A stretch of 36,792 bases of DNA from an uncultured delta proteobacterium (GCA_963845515.1 CAWJSR010000034.1:1-36792); one strand, 5' to 3'; shown: positions 8,555 through 18,833, counted from the stretch's first letter. Notes: a model not told the origin generated them from the sequence alone. Numbers and translations: made by a program.

Positions 8555-9886
8555 ATGACTGCTCGAGCACGACTCGCCGTGGCTGCCCTGTCCCTCACCC
8601 TCCCCGCCGTCGCTGCGGCCCAGGCCGCGGCTGCGCCGCCCGCCGCGCCCAAGGCCAGCGTCACGGTCTACGGAACGCTCAACGTCAACCTCCAGTCGAC
8701 CATGGCGAAAGGTGCCACCGACCCGTCACAGAGCGCCCAGGCGCGAGGGGCGGTCTCCACCGACTCCTCCAACATCGGCGTGAGGGGCTCGGCGGACGTG
8801 GCCTTCGGCCTGAGCGCGATCGGCCAGTGCGAGACCAGCGCCTCCATAGACGCCATCGGGATTTCCGGCCTCTGCGGCCGGAACAGCCGCGTCGGGCTCT
8901 CCGGCCCTTACGGAACGCTCTTCTATGGAAACTGGGACACGCCGTTCAAGGCGGTCACCTACGGGACCAAGGTCGACGATCCGTTCGGGAGCACCGACGT
9001 CTTCGGCTTCCAGGGGATCATGGGCAGCCCGGGCTTCAACGCGCGCAGCGGCGGGTGGATCACGGCCGCGGCAGGCGGCGCAGACGTCGCCGGCCCCTTC
9101 CCGGCGGGCTCGACCGTCCATGGCTTCGACACCCGCGCGGGCAACAGCGTCGCGTACCACTCTCCGGCCTTCTACGGGGCCTCCCTGAAGGTCCAGTACG
9201 CGGTCGACGAGTTCGCGTCCGCGAGCGGTCCGATCAACGCCAACCTCCTCTCGGCTGGCGTCAACTACGAGTGGGACGGCCTCTCCGTCCTCGCGGCGGT
9301 CGAGCGGCGTGAGGACGCAGCCGGCCTGGCCGTCATCAACCGGGCGGCCGCGACCGACGGCTCGCCGGCGGCCGCCTTCGCCTTCGATGCGACCGCTGGC
9401 AACACCGCCACGCTCGGCTCGGTCGACACGGCATGGAAGGTCGGAGCCGGCTACGAGCTCACCAGCCCGGCGGGTGCCACCACGCTCAGCTTCCTGATCG
9501 ACCAGCTGAACTACGCCCAGGACGGCGCGCCCGCCGACGCCATCAAGGAGTACTCCCGCCTGGCGTGGCAGGTCGCCGCCAAGCACCGGTACGGTGATCA
9601 CGAGCTCCGCGCCCGCTACGACGCGGCGGGCGAGGGCGACTGCACGGAGGCGGACGGCAGCGCCTTCACCTGCTCCACCGACGGGTACGGCGCCAGGCAG
9701 CTCACGCTCGGCTACGCCCTCCACCTGTCGAAGAGCGCACAGGCCTACGCCTCCTACACGAAGATCATGAACGACAAGAACGCGACCTACACGCTCACGA
9801 TCGGCGGCTCCTCCGAGATCGCCGGCAAGACGGTGGCCGGCGCGGACCCGCAGGCGATCGGCCTCGGCATCCGGTACGCGTTCTAG
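8555..9886 (+). CDS. Gram-negative porin
   Basis: GGAGG RBS; signal peptide; SVTVYGTLN, SNIGVRGS, RNSRVGLSGPYG, NSVAYHSP; ends GLGIRYAF. Confidence 0.9.
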   Translation: MTARARLAVAALSLTLPAVAAAQAAAAPPAAPKASVTVYGTLNVNLQSTMAKGATDPSQSAQARGAVSTDSSNIGVRGSADVAFGLSAIGQCETSASIDAIGISGLCGRNSRVGLSGPYGTLFYGNWDTPFKAVTYGTKVDDPFGSTDVFGFQGIMGSPGFNARSGGWITAAAGGADVAGPFPAGSTVHGFDTRAGNSVAYHSPAFYGASLKVQYAVDEFASASGPINANLLSAGVNYEWDGLSVLAAVERREDAAGLAVINRAAATDGSPAAAFAFDATAGNTATLGSVDTAWKVGAGYELTSPAGATTLSFLIDQLNYAQDGAPADAIKEYSRLAWQVAAKHRYGDHELRARYDAAGEGDCTEADGSAFTCSTDGYGARQLTLGYALHLSKSAQAYASYTKIMNDKNATYTLTIGGSSEIAGKTVAGADPQAIGLGIRYAF

Positions 9887-9931
9887 GCGACGAGCGCCAG
9901 CTCACCCGCCCGGGGCCACGCGGCTGCCCTG

Positions 9932-10564
9932 TCAGTGCGCGTGCGCCCCGTGGCCCGGATCCCGTGCCGGGACCTTCTCGCCGCGCAGGAACGCGTCCTC
10001 GTCGCCGAGGGCGCGCCACTCCTCCGGCGATCTCGGGTTCAGCGCCTCCATCCGCGCTCGCTCCTCGCCGGTCAGCGTGGGGAGGCTCCGGATGAAGCGG
10101 ACGAGCTGCCAGCTCCCCTCGCCGCTGCCGGCCCCGCCCCACGCCGGCATGCCGGTGAGCCGAACGCCGTTCTCGATGATGTAGAAGAGCTCCCCGTCGG
10201 AGAGCGCCTGCGTCTCCGTGAGCCGCATGTCCGGGGCGCGCGGGTAGAGGTTCCTGCCGAGCGCGGTGTCACCGCTGCCGTCGTTGGCGTGGCAGCCCGC
10301 GCAGTGGTCCGCGAAGTGCGCGAGGCCGGCGGCGATCGAAGCCGGCCCCGGCGCGGCGCGGTTCGGCGCGGCGCGATCGGTCGAGGGGATGGCCAGGTGG
10401 CGCAGCGCGCGCGCCACCCGCACCTCCACCCGCGACGGACCGGGCCGGGCCGAGATCCCGCCGCGCAGGAGCGCGACCGCGCCGAGCGCCGCCGCGAGGA
10501 CGATCGCGCCCCCGAGGGCGCCCAGCACGAGGCACCAGCGCGGCGTCGACCGCCCCCCGCCCAT
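9932..10564 (-). CDS. Membrane-anchored monoheme cytochrome c
   Basis: TM helix, CAGCH, YPRAPDM, GVRLTGMPAW; His-rich tail. Confidence 0.88.
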   Translation of the reverse strand: MGGGRSTPRWCLVLGALGGAIVLAAALGAVALLRGGISARPGPSRVEVRVARALRHLAIPSTDRAAPNRAAPGPASIAAGLAHFADHCAGCHANDGSGDTALGRNLYPRAPDMRLTETQALSDGELFYIIENGVRLTGMPAWGGAGSGEGSWQLVRFIRSLPTLTGEERARMEALNPRSPEEWRALGDEDAFLRGEKVPARDPGHGAHAH

Positions 10565-11103
10565 CAGTCGAGCTTCTTCCAGACGTAGCCGTCCAGCAGC
10601 TCGGGCCCGAAGAGCAGCGGCGCGTAGAAGAAGAGGTCTCGCAGCGCGATCACGAGCAGCTGGTGCCCCGTTTCGAGCCCGGTACCGAGGGCGCTCGCCA
10701 GGGCCACCACCGCGCCGCCGATGAGCGCGGCGACGACCGCGTCGGTGGCGTGTGCCTCTGAGACGGCCGCGGCAGCGAAGACGAAGAGGGCGACCGAGAG
10801 CATGTCGGACTGGCCGCCGCCCGCGACGAGCGCAGCTACCCCCGCCACCCCGGCGATCCTCAGGTACCGGCCGGCACCCTCCCCGGCGACCACCCTGACG
10901 AGCACCGTCAGGAGCGCGAGCAGGAACAGGTGGAGCGTCCCGGCGTCCCTGAAGCCGTAGGCGGCGCGAAACGCCGCGCCGCCGCCGGTCTCGGCCAGGA
11001 TCGTCTTGCCGAGCGAGTAGCCCACGACCCACCAGATGGCGCCCACGGCAAGGAGCAGGATGACGGCGCCGACCAACAACCTCAGTGTCTTCGAGATCTT
11101 CAT
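10564..11103 (-). CDS. Hypothetical multi-pass membrane protein
   Basis: About six hydrophobic segments; AAGGA RBS; TGATG coupling to the cytochrome c gene. Confidence 0.75.
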   Translation of the reverse strand: MKISKTLRLLVGAVILLLAVGAIWWVVGYSLGKTILAETGGGAAFRAAYGFRDAGTLHLFLLALLTVLVRVVAGEGAGRYLRIAGVAGVAALVAGGGQSDMLSVALFVFAAAAVSEAHATDAVVAALIGGAVVALASALGTGLETGHQLLVIALRDLFFYAPLLFGPELLDGYVWKKLD

Positions 11104-11228
11104 GGGTTCCTTTTCGAGGTCGTGGACGATAGCAGACTCGCGGTGCGGGCCGACTACTTGTTGCACACCGGGCCCGTCGGCGAGCTAGACTGTCACACTC
11201 AACCCGTCGTCAGGAGCCTCTTCCAGAC

Positions 11229-12504
11229 ATGGTCCGATACGTCTCAGCCGAGCAGGCCGTCAGCGTGATCAAGTCTGGCGACCGCGTCTTCGTCCAGAGC
11301 GTCGCCGCCGCCCCGCGACGGCTCATCGAGGCGATGACTGCTCGTGCCCCCGAGCTCTCGGTGGTCGAGATCGTGTCACTCCACACCGAGGGAGAGGCGC
11401 CCTACGCCGCGCCGGGGCTGGAGCGCAGCTTCCGCGTCAACGCGCTCTTCGTGGGCGCCAACACGCGGCAGGCCGTCGAGGAGGGCCGGGCCGACTACGT
11501 GCCCGTCTTCCTCTCCGAGGTCCCCTCGCTCTTCCGCACCGGGCTGCTCCCGATCGACGTCGCGCTGATCCACGTGTCGCCACCGGACAAGCACGGCTAC
11601 TGCTCGCTCGGCGTCTCGGTCGACGTGACCCACGCGGCGGTCGAGGTGGCGCGGACGGTCCTCGCCCAGGTGAACCCGCGCATGCCGCGCACCCACGGCG
11701 ACGCCCTCATCCACGTGGACCAGATCGACCAGCTCGTCGAGGTCGACGACCCGATCTACGAGATGGCGCCGAGGGCGCTCACCGACATCGAGAAGGCGAT
11801 CGGCAGCCACATCGCCGATCTCGTGGACGACGGCTCCACGCTCCAGTTCGGGATCGGCGCGATCCCGCAGGCGACCCTCGCCGCCCTCTCGGATCACCAC
11901 AGGCTCGGCATCCACACGGAGATGCTCTCCGACGGCGTGGTCGACCTCGTCGAGAAGGGCGTCGTCACCGGCGAGATGAAGCGGCTCAACCCGGGCAAGA
12001 TCGTCGCCGGCTTCGCCATCGGCTCGCGCCGGCTCTACGACTTCCTCGACGACAACCCGTCGGTCGCGATGCTCGACCTCGGCTACGTCAACGACCCGGC
12101 CTTCATCAAGCTCAACCCGAAGGTCTGCGCCATCAACGGCGCGCTCGAGGTCGACCTCACCGGGCAGGTCTGCGCCGACTCGATCGGCGACCGCCAGTTC
12201 TCCGGCGTCGGCGGCCAGATGGACTTCATCCGCGGCGCCGCCCTCTCCGAGGGCGGCAAGCCGATCATCGCCCTCCCCTCGTGCACCTCGGCGGGCGATT
12301 CGCGGATCGTCTCGTACCTCAAGCCGGGCGCCGGGGTCGTCACGACGCGCGCGCACATCCACTTACGTCGTGACCGAGTTCGGCATCGCGGACCTCTTCG
12401 GCAAGAACCTGCGCCAGCGCGCGGCGGCCCTCATCGCCGTCGCCCACCCGAAGCACCGTGACACGCTCGCGGCCGAGGCAAGGCGGCGTTTCGGTAGCTG
12501 GTAG
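11229..12504 (+). CDS. Acetyl-CoA hydrolase/transferase (4-hydroxybutyrate CoA-transferase-like), extra base near 12364
   Basis: LQFGIGAIP, HTEM, SGVGGQMDF. Removing one T gives HIHYVVTEFGIADLFGKNLRQRAAALIAVAHPKHRDTL...GSW*. Confidence 0.92.
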
Positions 12505-12576
12505 AGGGGGTTCCCCCGAAGGGCCTTGACGGGCCGGATCCGGGGGCGTAGCGACTTGTAGTGGAGGCACTCCACG

Positions 12577-13227
12577 ATGCGCTCAGCCCTCTTCCTCGCC
12601 GTCTTCGCCGCGGTGGCCGGGCGCGGCGGCTGTTCCCCTGACCCGACCTACGATCCCTGCGAGGGGAAGGTGCAGTGCGATGCCTGCACGCTCTGCGAGC
12701 CGGGCGCGCCGGACTGCGTCGAGACGGCGGACGTGAAGGCCTGCACCGCCGACGGTCGATGCGTCAGCGCGCCCGAGACCTGCATTCCATACGATCCGTG
12801 CGCGGGGAAGCAGTGCGGTGAATACTGCGACCAGTGCGCCCCCGGCGAGCCCTGCCCGATGTACTTCGCGGCGACGGCGTGCAACGCGGCTGGGGAGTGC
12901 GTGACCGCCGGCACCTTCACCTGCGAGCCGCCGCCCGAACCGTGCGCCGGGAAGCTCTGCGGCGACGACTGCGTGATCGACCCGCCCTGCTATCCGCTGT
13001 GCCTCATGCCGTCGATCCTGGGGAAGTGCGACCTCGACGGCGTCTGCCAGCCCGTGACCGAGCTGAAGTGCGGGCCGCCTGAGGGTCCGTGCGCCGGGAA
13101 GGCGTGCGGCGAGCCCTGCAGCACCTGCGACTCGACCCTCGGAGCCTGCCCAGCGGTCATGATGTACTGCGACGCCGCCGGACAGTGCGGCTACGCCTAC
13201 CCCGTCTGCACGACCGCGACACCCTGA
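12577..13227 (+). CDS. Cysteine-rich repeat protein, probable lipoprotein
   Basis: GGAGG RBS; signal peptide; four PCxGKxC repeats of about 45-50 aa. Confidence 0.75.
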   Translation: MRSALFLAVFAAVAGRGGCSPDPTYDPCEGKVQCDACTLCEPGAPDCVETADVKACTADGRCVSAPETCIPYDPCAGKQCGEYCDQCAPGEPCPMYFAATACNAAGECVTAGTFTCEPPPEPCAGKLCGDDCVIDPPCYPLCLMPSILGKCDLDGVCQPVTELKCGPPEGPCAGKACGEPCSTCDSTLGACPAVMMYCDAAGQCGYAYPVCTTATP

Positions 13228-13277
13228 GTTGGGTGTGGCTCACGGAGAGTGAGGTTAGCCGACGGGTACGCGACGCC

Positions 13278-13316
13278 CCCTCACCCAGCCTCTCCCCCGC
13301 GGGGGCGGGGGAGAGG
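13278..13316 (+). repeat. REP-like palindromic repeat, copy 1
   Basis: CCCTCACCCAGCCTCTCCCCCGC-GGGG-GCGGGGGAGAGG between convergent genes; related copy at 30704-30741. Confidence 0.75.
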
Positions 13317-13355
13317 TGCATCCCCAGGGCGCGACAATTGCGGGGGGGTGACCAG

Positions 13356-14276
13356 CTAGGCGGCCTGGCCCTCGAGCCCCATCGACGGGATCCCGATGCG
13401 GGCCGCCGTGGCCTCGGCCTCGCCGCTGACGCGGACGACCCGGTGGCAACTCGGGTCGGCGAGCACCTTCCTCACGAGCGCCTGGTTCATGGCGTGGCCG
13501 CTCTTCACCGCGGTCAGCGCGCCCACCACCGGCATCCCGAGGAGGGCGAGATCGCCGATGGCGTCGAGCACCTTGTGGCGCGCGAACTCGTCGGCGAAGC
13601 GGAGCCCCTCGGGGTTGAGGATCGAGAACTCGTCGATGACGATGGCGTTCGCCAGGCTCCCGCCCTTCGCGAGCCCCATCGCCTGCATCTGCTCGATGTC
13701 GCGCTTGAAGCAGAAGGTCCGGGCACGGGCGATCTCGCGCTCGAAGGTCCGGTCGTTCACCTCGACGTCGAAGGACTGGTTCGTGATGAGCGGGTGGTTG
13801 AAGTCGGCCGTGAAGGAGACGCGGAAGGAGTCGGCCGGCTCGAAGCGGGCGAGCTTCTCGCCGTCGCGGATCTCGACCGCACGGTCGATGATGACGAAGC
13901 GGCGGCCGGCGCGCTGCACCTGGGTGCCCACTTCCTTGATCATGGAGACGAAGGGGGCGGCCGAGCCGTCCAGGACCGGCGTCTCCGGACCGTCCACCTC
14001 GACGCGGCAGTTGTCGATCCCCATCCCGTGGAGCGCCGCCATGACGTGCTCGACGGTCGAGACGCGCGCGGGGCCGACGCCGATGGTCGTGTTGAGGCGC
14101 GTGTCGACGACGTTCTCGTTGCGCGCGGGGATCTCGACGCCCAGATCCATCCGGACGAAGGTGATGCCGGCATCTGCCGGGGCCGGCGCGAGCGTCAGCG
14201 ACACGGGGTGGCCGGAGTGCAGTCCGATCCCCGTCGTCGTCACGCGCTTCGCTACCGTTCTCTGATTCCAGACCAT
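13356..14276 (-). CDS. lpxC: UDP-3-O-acyl-N-acetylglucosamine deacetylase
   Basis: GIGLHSG, STVEHVMAAL, ARARTF, HKVLDAIGDL, KSGH. Confidence 0.97.
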   Translation of the reverse strand: MVWNQRTVAKRVTTTGIGLHSGHPVSLTLAPAPADAGITFVRMDLGVEIPARNENVVDTRLNTTIGVGPARVSTVEHVMAALHGMGIDNCRVEVDGPETPVLDGSAAPFVSMIKEVGTQVQRAGRRFVIIDRAVEIRDGEKLARFEPADSFRVSFTADFNHPLITNQSFDVEVNDRTFEREIARARTFCFKRDIEQMQAMGLAKGGSLANAIVIDEFSILNPEGLRFADEFARHKVLDAIGDLALLGMPVVGALTAVKSGHAMNQALVRKVLADPSCHRVVRVSGEAEATAARIGIPSMGLEGQAA

Positions 14277-14291
14277 GTCGGGGCGCCAAAA

Positions 14292-14307
14292 AGCAATCGG
14301 CGTGCCA
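14292..14307 (-). promoter_or_regulatory. sigma54 -24/-12 promoter of lpxC
   Basis: Minus strand TGGCACG-CCGA-TTGCT matches the consensus, 15 nt upstream of the ATG. Confidence 0.8.
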
Positions 14308-14353
14308 GGGCGTTTACTCTGAGGCGGGGCCCGTGAGCCTCCGGGGCTAATGC

Positions 14354-14366
14354 CAACTGGCTGATA
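14354..14366 (-). promoter_or_regulatory. Putative IHF site
   Basis: Minus strand TATCAG-CCAG-TTG fits WATCAR-N4-TTR, between the sigma54 promoter and the palindrome. Confidence 0.55.
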
Positions 14367-14454
14367 CTACGACGGTAATTCCGCCACCCTTCGCGATATC
14401 GAGTCGAGCCTTCGTAAGCGACCGTTAAGCTGCGGCCTCCGACGCCGGATCACC

Positions 14455-14470
14455 CTGACATCCATGTCAG
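14455..14470. promoter_or_regulatory. Palindrome, putative enhancer-binding-protein site
   Basis: CTGACAT-CC-ATGTCAG, about 150 nt upstream of the -24 element. Confidence 0.5.
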
Positions 14471-14561
14471 GCTCCGCCGAACGTTTGACGCGGTGATCCA
14501 CGTCACCACCGGCGCCCGCGCCGCGACGCCGAGGTCATCGGGACGGTGGTAAGAACACCCG

Positions 14562-15248
14562 GTGCTCCCCCTCCACGACGATCTGCCCACTCGCCGGGTG
14601 CCAGTCGTCACGCTGGCGCTGATCGCGCTCAGCGCGGCAGCCTTCGCGTGGCAGGTCCTGGGCGTGGGCATGGAGCGCTCCGTCCTGGAGGGCGGCGTCA
14701 TCCCTTACGAGATCCTTACGTTCCAGGATCCCTGGCCGCGCGCGCTCGTCCCGCCGCCGCTCACCATCCTGACCGCGATGTTCCTGCACGGCGGGGTCGG
14801 CCACCTCGGCAGCAACCTGCTCTTCCTCTGGATCTTCGGCAACAACGTCGAGGACGTGATGGGGCGGAGGCGCTTCGCGGTCTTCTACCTGACGTGCGGC
14901 GTCGCCGCTGCGCTCATCCAGGTCTTCGCGAGCGCAGCGTCCGGGGCGGTCGACGCGCCGATGGTGGGCGCGAGCGGTGCGATCGCGGGCGTCCTCGCGG
15001 CCTACCTCCGCCTCTTCCCCGGGGCGCGCGTCCTGACGCTCGCGTTCGTCTTCCTGGTCTGGCTCCCCGCCTGGCTGGTCCTCGGGCTCTGGATCCTCAT
15101 GCAGGTCCTCGCCGTCCTCTCGGGCGGCTCCCCCGGGATTGCGCTCTTCGCCCACATCGGTGGCTTCGCCGCCGGGTGGCTCCTGGTGGCCCGCTTCCTG
15201 CCGCGCGGGGGGCTGCGCGTCGATTCCAGCGTGCCTCCGCCACCTTGA
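14562..15248 (+). CDS. Rhomboid family intramembrane serine protease
   Basis: MFLHGGVGHLGSN, FGNNVED, GASGA, AHIGGF. Confidence 0.93.
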   Translation: MLPLHDDLPTRRVPVVTLALIALSAAAFAWQVLGVGMERSVLEGGVIPYEILTFQDPWPRALVPPPLTILTAMFLHGGVGHLGSNLLFLWIFGNNVEDVMGRRRFAVFYLTCGVAAALIQVFASAASGAVDAPMVGASGAIAGVLAAYLRLFPGARVLTLAFVFLVWLPAWLVLGLWILMQVLAVLSGGSPGIALFAHIGGFAAGWLLVARFLPRGGLRVDSSVPPPP

Positions 15249-15273
15249 CAGGGGGCCGGGCCGGCGTTCGAAT
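15245..15273 (+). promoter_or_regulatory. Possible sigma70 promoter for the PEGA/PilZ cluster
   Basis: TTGACA-17 nt-TCGAAT. Confidence 0.4.
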
Positions 15274-15313
15274 CGGACCAACCCGCGCGCACGAGCGCCG
15301 GGAGGGGGTTTGC

Positions 15314-15697
15314 GTGCGACTCGGCCACTTGTCTCTCCTCGTCCTCGCGGTTGGGGGCTCCATCGGCTGCGCGTCGGCGCCGAAGCCCAAGGCGATCGCG
15401 CCGGCCCCCAGCCGTGCGCCGGTCACTTCGCGCGAGCCCTCGGCCGTCCCCCGCTCGCCCGAGACGCTCGCGACCGGGCTCTTCTTCGACGTCGAGCCTC
15501 CCGAGGCAGAGATCGCCGTCGACGGGCGGGACTTCGGGACGGTCGGCTCGCTCGCCGACGCCCGCGGCTTCCTCCCGCTCCCTCCCGGCATCTACCAGGT
15601 GAGCCTCAAGGCCACCGGTCACGTCACCTGGCGCGCCGAGGTGGCGGTCAGATCGAGCACCGAGCCGATCCGGGTGAAGCTCGCCCCCAAGCCCTGA
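15314..15697 (+). CDS. PEGA-domain lipoprotein
   Basis: GGAGG RBS, GTG start, lipobox SIGC, VEPPEAEIAVDG...LPPGIYQVSLKATGH. Confidence 0.78.
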   Translation: MRLGHLSLLVLAVGGSIGCASAPKPKAIAPAPSRAPVTSREPSAVPRSPETLATGLFFDVEPPEAEIAVDGRDFGTVGSLADARGFLPLPPGIYQVSLKATGHVTWRAEVAVRSSTEPIRVKLAPKP

Positions 15698-15722
15698 TCC
15701 CTCGAGCCTGAGCTGACTCCCT

Positions 15723-16809
15723 TTGGCCGCCCCGGCACAGCCGCTCATCTATCGCGTGAAGATCCCGTGCTCCGACGAGCGGGACTTCCGCGAGCGCTTC
15801 GCGCCGAAGTACGTCGCCAACGGGATCTTCGTCCCCTCCCAGGATCCGAAGCCGGTCGGGACGCGCGTGCGGATCAAGCTCGAGCTGAAGACGGGCCAGA
15901 TCCTGGTGTCGGGCGACGCGATGGTCACGAGCCGGACGACGCCCGACCGCTCCGACAAGCCCGGGATGACGATGCGGATCACCGCTCTCCATCCCGAGAG
16001 CATCAAGTTCGAGCTGTCGCCACACGCTGGTGGCGCGCCAGCGGTCGCGCCGGCCCGGGCGCCAACGCCCGCCCCGCCCCCCACGGGGGCGGTCCTGACG
16101 CCTGCTCCCGCGCAGGCGGCGAGGCCACCGCCGGTGCCCGCTGCCGCCGCTCCCACCCCGGCGCCGCCGCCCATCCAGCGCACCGCGCGCTGCGGAGCGC
16201 GAGGACCTCTTCGACTTCGACGAGGAGCCGCAGCGCCCGGACCCGGGCGAGGAGGCGAAGCAGCCGGAGCCCGCCGCGCGGCCACAGATCCAGTACGACG
16301 GACCGCTGCACGAGGCGACCCCCGAGCCCAGCCCGATCGCGCCGCCGTCGGCTCCGCCCCAGGCGGCCGCGCGCGGCGCGAGGCGGCTCGTGATCCCGAT
16401 CGCGGTCGCCGCCGCGCTGGCGCTGGCCGGCGGCGTCGCGATCCAGGTCCTGCGCAGGGCGCCGGCCGCTCCCGACGCCGGCGCAGCGCGCGCCTCCGAG
16501 GAGCTCCGGATCGCCGACCTGCGGCTGCGCGAGGGACGGCTCGCTGGCACCGGCGGCGACACCGCGCTCGACCACCTGCTCGCGGCGAGGGTGGCGGCGC
16601 CTGGCGACGCCCGCGTCGCGCTGCGCCTCTCCCTCCTCGCCGACAAGTTCGAGCAGCTCGGCGCGCTGGCGGTGGCGCGCAAGAATCCCCGCGAGGCGGC
16701 GGTGCACTACGCGGCTGCGCTCAAGGCCGATCCGGGGCGCGAGAGCGCCCGCAGGCAGCTCGGCGAGCTCGGCGCCGCGACATCGCCCGGTAGCGGCAGC
16801 GGGAAGTGA
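15723..16809 (+). CDS. PilZ-like (myxobacterial type) domain, Pro-rich linker, TM and TPR-like membrane protein; extra base near 16171
   Basis: FRERFAPKYVANGIFVPS..P.PVGTRV...GM; removing one C joins it to AEREDLFDFDEE..., TM LVIPIAVAAALALAGGVAI and EAAVHYAAALKADP. Confidence 0.72.
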
Positions 16810-16874
16810 GCCACGAACACGGGATTGGTGGCGCCGGGGGGCGGCTGCTAGGCTCTTCCCTACGGGGGGGGTGC

Positions 16875-18833
16875 GTGCACGGACTTGCCGCGAGCTGCGT
16901 TCGCTTCCTGGCGATTGCGCTCTTGGGAGTGCTCGCGCCTCTCGGCGCGCGCGCCGCGTCCATCTCCATCGAGGGCGGGGCCGTCGTGCTCGGCCGGACC
17001 GAGTCGGTGCCGATCGTCATCCGCGTCTCCGAGCAGCCCGGGACGGAGGACCGCCCGCTGCGGCTCGCCGTGAACGTGGGGAGCTTCTCCGAGCCGACCA
17101 AGGTGGGCAAGGGGACCTACCGCGCGATCTACATTCCGCCCTCCACCCGCTTCCCCCAGCTCGCGCTGGTCGCCGTCTGGAGGGAGACGGGGCCGGACGC
17201 GCAGATCGACTTCCTGCGCTTCCCGCTCTTCGGCACCACGAAGATCGCGGTCACGACGAAGCGCGGCGCGGACGTGACCGCACAGCTCGGCTTCGACTCC
17301 TTCGGCCCCGTCGTGGCCGACGCGAAGGGGAAGGCCACGCTCCAGGTGGCGGTCCCGCCCGAGGTGCTCTCGGCCGAACTCTCCATCACGGACAAGACCG
17401 GCGTGTCGGTGAAGAAGACCGTCCCGGTCGCCGTGCCGCCGTACAACCGGCTCACCGCGGCGCTCGTCCCCCACGCGGTGGTGGCGGACGGGAACGGCTG
17501 GGTGCGGCTCGACGTGCTCTACGCGCTCGGGGGGGCGAGCGTGCCTGCAGACCGGATCCACGTGACGCCGAGCATCGGGACGGTGAACATCCAGGGCGCG
17601 GCGGGCGGCCTGTACACCTACCGGTACGTGCCTCCTGCCGGGACCCGCGCCGGAGAGGTCAACTTCACGGTCACGGTGGACGGCGACCCCGTGGCGAAGG
17701 CCGGGGCGAGGCTCTCGATCGGGCTGCCGCCACCGGCGCGGGTGCTGCTGCGCCCGCCTGCCATCGCGCTGGAGGCGGGGACCGGCGAGTCCGCTCCCGT
17801 CTCCCTGCTGGTCATGGACGCGACCGGCCTCGGGCTCGGCGACCAGAGCCCCGAGGTCACCGCCAACGGCGCGCCGGTGACGCCGGTGGTCTACAAGGGC
17901 GCCGGCATCTACGAGGCCAACTACCGGGCCCCGGAGACCTATCCGGCAGGCGGCCTCGTCCAGTTCTTCGCCTCCGTCCGCGGGACGGCGGGCCCGCCGA
18001 TCGCCTCCACCGCCAACTACCAGCTCGAGGCGGCGCCGCGCCCGGGCGCGATCAGCGCCAGCTTCAATCCCTCCCCCGTGCCTGTCGGCGGGCACACTGA
18101 CGCCGAGCTCCTCCTTCACGTCCGTGACCTCGCTGGCCTGCCGCTCGCGAAGGCGCAGCTCATCACGGTGGTCAGCGACGGGATCCTCGGGAGGCTGGAG
18201 GAGCGCGCACCCGGCCTCTACGCGGCCACCTACACCCCGCCCCCGTCGCTCCCCGACCGCGAGTCGACCCTGAAGATCGTCGACGCGAACGGCGGCTTCG
18301 AGCAGACGGAGGCGCTGCCGCTCCGGCAGGCTCCGCGCCGGCTGCTCGTCGGCGCCTTCGCCGGATGGGCGCAGAGCCCCGGGGAGGCCGCCGGGCTCCG
18401 CCCTGGGCTGGACGCCTGGATGCCCCTCCGCGTCGGAGTCGCCAACCTCTCCGTCGGCGCGGCCGCCTCCTGGGGCACGGCCGAGCTGGACGTCGCCAAC
18501 TCGAGCGGGACGCTCACGTCGCGCTCCACCGGGTCGTTCGTACCGGTCTCCCTCAGGCTGTCGCTCGAGGCGCTGACGGGCAGGAGGCTCTCGCTCTCGC
18601 TGGGGGCCGGCGGCGTCGCGACGCTCGGCTCCTTCAGGAACTCGCTGGGGGGGCCGGCGCAGACGGGCTGGGGGCTGGGCGGGATGGGCTTCCTGGCCGG
18701 AGCGTGTGCCCTCGGCAGGGGCCAGGCCTTCCTCGAGCTCTCGTACGCCTACGCGCCGGTCGAGGCGCCGGACTTCCATCTGGACGCCGGCGGCCCGCAG
18801 GTGGCGCTGGGCTATCGGCTGGGGGTCTTCTGA
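16875..18833 (+). CDS. Exported protein with repeated Ig/invasin-like domains and a C-terminal outer-membrane beta-barrel
   Basis: Signal peptide ending ARA; four G.Y.A/Y.Y.PP-type motifs; C-terminal amphipathic strands ending GYRLGVF. Alternative start GTG 16806. Confidence 0.72.
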   Translation: MHGLAASCVRFLAIALLGVLAPLGARAASISIEGGAVVLGRTESVPIVIRVSEQPGTEDRPLRLAVNVGSFSEPTKVGKGTYRAIYIPPSTRFPQLALVAVWRETGPDAQIDFLRFPLFGTTKIAVTTKRGADVTAQLGFDSFGPVVADAKGKATLQVAVPPEVLSAELSITDKTGVSVKKTVPVAVPPYNRLTAALVPHAVVADGNGWVRLDVLYALGGASVPADRIHVTPSIGTVNIQGAAGGLYTYRYVPPAGTRAGEVNFTVTVDGDPVAKAGARLSIGLPPPARVLLRPPAIALEAGTGESAPVSLLVMDATGLGLGDQSPEVTANGAPVTPVVYKGAGIYEANYRAPETYPAGGLVQFFASVRGTAGPPIASTANYQLEAAPRPGAISASFNPSPVPVGGHTDAELLLHVRDLAGLPLAKAQLITVVSDGILGRLEERAPGLYAATYTPPPSLPDRESTLKIVDANGGFEQTEALPLRQAPRRLLVGAFAGWAQSPGEAAGLRPGLDAWMPLRVGVANLSVGAAASWGTAELDVANSSGTLTSRSTGSFVPVSLRLSLEALTGRRLSLSLGAGGVATLGSFRNSLGGPAQTGWGLGGMGFLAGACALGRGQAFLELSYAYAPVEAPDFHLDAGGPQVALGYRLGVF

